Of a stretch of 47,504 nucleotides of DNA, positions 45,783 through 47,504 are shown in pieces. The notes under the pieces were generated by a model that worked only from the letters and a program-made list of their open reading frames with translations, made no database searches and was not told where the DNA came from. The position numbers were made by a program, and so were the translations under genes. Numbering within the stretch: position 1 is the stretch's first letter; each line of letters opens with the position of its first letter. This DNA comes from Sedimentisphaerales bacterium (GTDB taxonomy: Bacteria > Planctomycetota > Phycisphaerae > Sedimentisphaerales > Anaerohalosphaeraceae): positions 1 to 47,504 of the forward strand of contig JAFGKL010000033.1 of NCBI GenBank assembly GCA_016928585.1, given 5' to 3'.

Positions 45783-46844
45783 TTGTCTGAGGCGAAAAGC
45801 AGGAGTTATAAAAAGCATGTCAGTACAATTTTGCGGATCGGTATCGCTTTAGTCGCCCTGTATTTTGTTTTTCGTGGCGAAGATCTCGGTCAAGTCGGCA
45901 AAACTTTTCTTGGGATCAACTGGTTTGTATTCGGGGGGGCATTTTTGTTGTATATATTTTGCAACTGCATCTTCGTTTTTCGCTGGGGTTTGCTGCTTAA
46001 GGCTCAGGAAATCCACATTAGTTATTTTTCGGCGTTGAAATTGCACTTTTTAGGGCTTTTTTACAATAACTGTCTTCCGGGTTCTATAGGGGGAGATCTT
46101 TTAAGGGCTTGGTATGTCACCCATCACACAGACAAGAAGATAGAAGCTGCGTTAAGCGTTTTTGTTGATAGAGCAATCGGGTTTGGGTGTACGATCATAC
46201 TGGCGGCATTTTTTTACTGGCTGATCCTGAACGGGCAGAGTAGTGAAGGTTTAGATATTTCCCGTGGTATGAGTGAGGGTAATGGGTCTATTATTTATGT
46301 CAAATGGCTTTTGATCATTTTTTTTATAGCTGCATTTATCCTGATGATATTGCTTTCAGCCAATCTTAGGGGCCGAAGTATGTTAAAAAGGGCTTACAGT
46401 GTGGTTTGCCAAAAAGGTGTTATCCTGTTTAAAAAGTTGCTGACGGCCGTGAAGTTGTACTGCAGTAAACCCTTTACGCTTATGTTCGCGGTGTTTTTGA
46501 CGTTTTTCATACAGCTACTGGCGATATTTAGCTTTTGGCTGATCTGTTGGGAACGTGGGATAGGGGTGGAATTGAAATATTATTTTGCGTTTTTTCCTGT
46601 TTCCTGGGTTGTCGGTTCGCTTCCGATAAGCGTTGGTGGGGTTGGAATAATGGAAGGCAGCCTAAAAATGCTGTTTTCAAAGGTGCCAGGTATATTAAAG
46701 GGCCAGTCGGTGATGCCCGGCCTTATTCAACGAGGGATTTTGCTGTTAATAAGCATTCCCGGGCTGATAATCCACATTAAGGGCACCCATTTACCTGTAG
46801 ATAAAGAGGAGTTTTTAGTTGACTCTGAGCCGGAGTTGGATTAG
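45783..46844 (+). CDS. UPF0104 / lysylphosphatidylglycerol-synthase-TM-region-like (flippase-like) membrane protein
   Basis: 353 aa with a TTG start. It is polytopic. FRWGLLLKAQ...FYNNCLPGSIGGDLLRAWYV is the family-typical loop. Confidence 0.75.
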   Translation: MSEAKSRSYKKHVSTILRIGIALVALYFVFRGEDLGQVGKTFLGINWFVFGGAFLLYIFCNCIFVFRWGLLLKAQEIHISYFSALKLHFLGLFYNNCLPGSIGGDLLRAWYVTHHTDKKIEAALSVFVDRAIGFGCTIILAAFFYWLILNGQSSEGLDISRGMSEGNGSIIYVKWLLIIFFIAAFILMILLSANLRGRSMLKRAYSVVCQKGVILFKKLLTAVKLYCSKPFTLMFAVFLTFFIQLLAIFSFWLICWERGIGVELKYYFAFFPVSWVVGSLPISVGGVGIMEGSLKMLFSKVPGILKGQSVMPGLIQRGILLLISIPGLIIHIKGTHLPVDKEEFLVDSEPELD

Positions 46845-46964
46845 GGTATTGTGCTGGAAAGGCTTTTGTTACCGGAAAATTAACATCACATGGGCTTTAA
46901 GCCTGTGGAGGGATGTGATAATTACGATATTTGCTGCTGTGCACAAAGGACTGTGATTGCCATT

Positions 46965-47504
46965 ATGCAGGCATTGAAAAACTTTAGAACATATTTTTTC
47001 CGGGGGATGGCGGCTCTGCTGCCTACAATCCTTACTATCTGGATTTTTATTCAATGCTATGTTTTTGTTCAGGATAAAGTCAGCGTTTATATCAACAGGG
47101 GTATTGTCTGGCTGATATCTTATTTTACAGACAGATATACTACAGGGTTCTTATATGATTTTTGGGTTGAAGGTCCTGGTAAGATAACCGGATTTTTTGT
47201 TGCAATAATAGGTGTTTGTTTTATTGGGGCGTTCCTTGCGAGTTTTGCAGGTAAAACCATTTGGCGGATGATCGAGAGGGCGTTTTCAAAAATACCACTT
47301 GTGAAAAAGGTTTATCCGTATATAAAGCAGATCACGGATTTTCTGCTTGCGAAAAAAGAGCTTTCGGCCAGCAAAATAGTTGCCCTTCAGTATCCAAGGG
47401 TCGGAGTTTGGTCAGTGGGTATGGTAACAGGGAACGGTATCAAAAAGATAAGAGATTCATTCGAGAGGGAATTTTTGACGGTTTTTGTTCCGACGTCACC
47501 GACA
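46965..47504 (+). CDS. DUF502-family membrane protein (3' end outside window)
   Basis: The open frame runs to the window edge and is therefore absent from the ORF track. It reads MQALKNFRTYFFRGMAALLPTILTIWIF...FLTVFVPTSPT, which is DUF502-like. The start is uncertain, since in-frame ATG 46890 and GTG 46953 also exist. Confidence 0.7.
   Translation, partial: MQALKNFRTYFFRGMAALLPTILTIWIFIQCYVFVQDKVSVYINRGIVWLISYFTDRYTTGFLYDFWVEGPGKITGFFVAIIGVCFIGAFLASFAGKTIWRMIERAFSKIPLVKKVYPYIKQITDFLLAKKELSASKIVALQYPRVGVWSVGMVTGNGIKKIRDSFEREFLTVFVPTSPT

Noticed and set aside
1-47504. A search for tRNA/rRNA genes, CRISPR repeats, transposase/integrase genes, terminal inverted repeats and long direct repeats.
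   Set aside because: None were found by eye. No T-loop-like GGTTCGAAT context sits in a cloverleaf-sized gap. No spaced short repeats are present. All gaps above 100 bp are ordinary AT-rich promoter regions. A computational scan (tRNAscan-SE, Infernal, a self dot-plot) would be needed to be certain.

Overview
This 47.5-kb window is densely coding, with about 40 CDS. The only gaps above 250 bp are 11366-11648, 34869-35149 and 44231-44540. I found no rRNA, tRNA, CRISPR array, transposase, integrase or phage genes. By inference, the gene content points to an anaerobic PVC-superphylum (Planctomycetota/Phycisphaerae-like) chromosome. The basis is a PEP-CTERM protein, an ECF-sigma/FecR pair, LamG proteins with dockerin-like tails, an oversized SecDF, DUF1080, and a TPR protein carrying RpoA alpha-CTD modules.

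Layout, left to right:
1. A lipoprotein sits divergent from a glycyl-radical-enzyme activase plus a 788-aa glycyl radical enzyme (GRE). The GRE meets a convergent GH43 gene stop-to-stop.
2. A minus-strand surface module reads ECF sigma -> FecR-like anti-sigma -> PEP-CTERM protein -> 739-aa multidomain LamG protein.
3. serS is start/stop-overlapped with an unusual minus-strand acyl-chain module: FabZ-like, long ACP, FabZ-like, non-canonical ketosynthase (KS), canonical KS.
4. A GNAT gene follows.
5. An orphan ABC-2 permease sits divergent from a tight 7-gene plus-strand block: three SPFH proteins, a P1B ATPase, an ABC ATPase, an ABC-2 permease and a 586-aa unknown protein.
6. Housekeeping genes follow: UvrD/PcrA helicase, pgi, an NDP-sugar transferase, ruvX and pgl. 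On the minus strand are SpoIID-tgt-yajC-secDF-LysM, then hisI, a UPF0104 membrane protein and a partial DUF502.

The candidates I rate highest for something undescribed are:
- the DH-ACP-DH-KS'-KS module;
- the GRE with a G-C-V-T cysteine loop;
- the SPFH x3 / P-type ATPase / ABC block;
- the TPR + 2x alpha-CTD protein;
- the sigma/anti-sigma-linked secreted paralogues.

All functional calls come from motif reading by eye. No database search was run.
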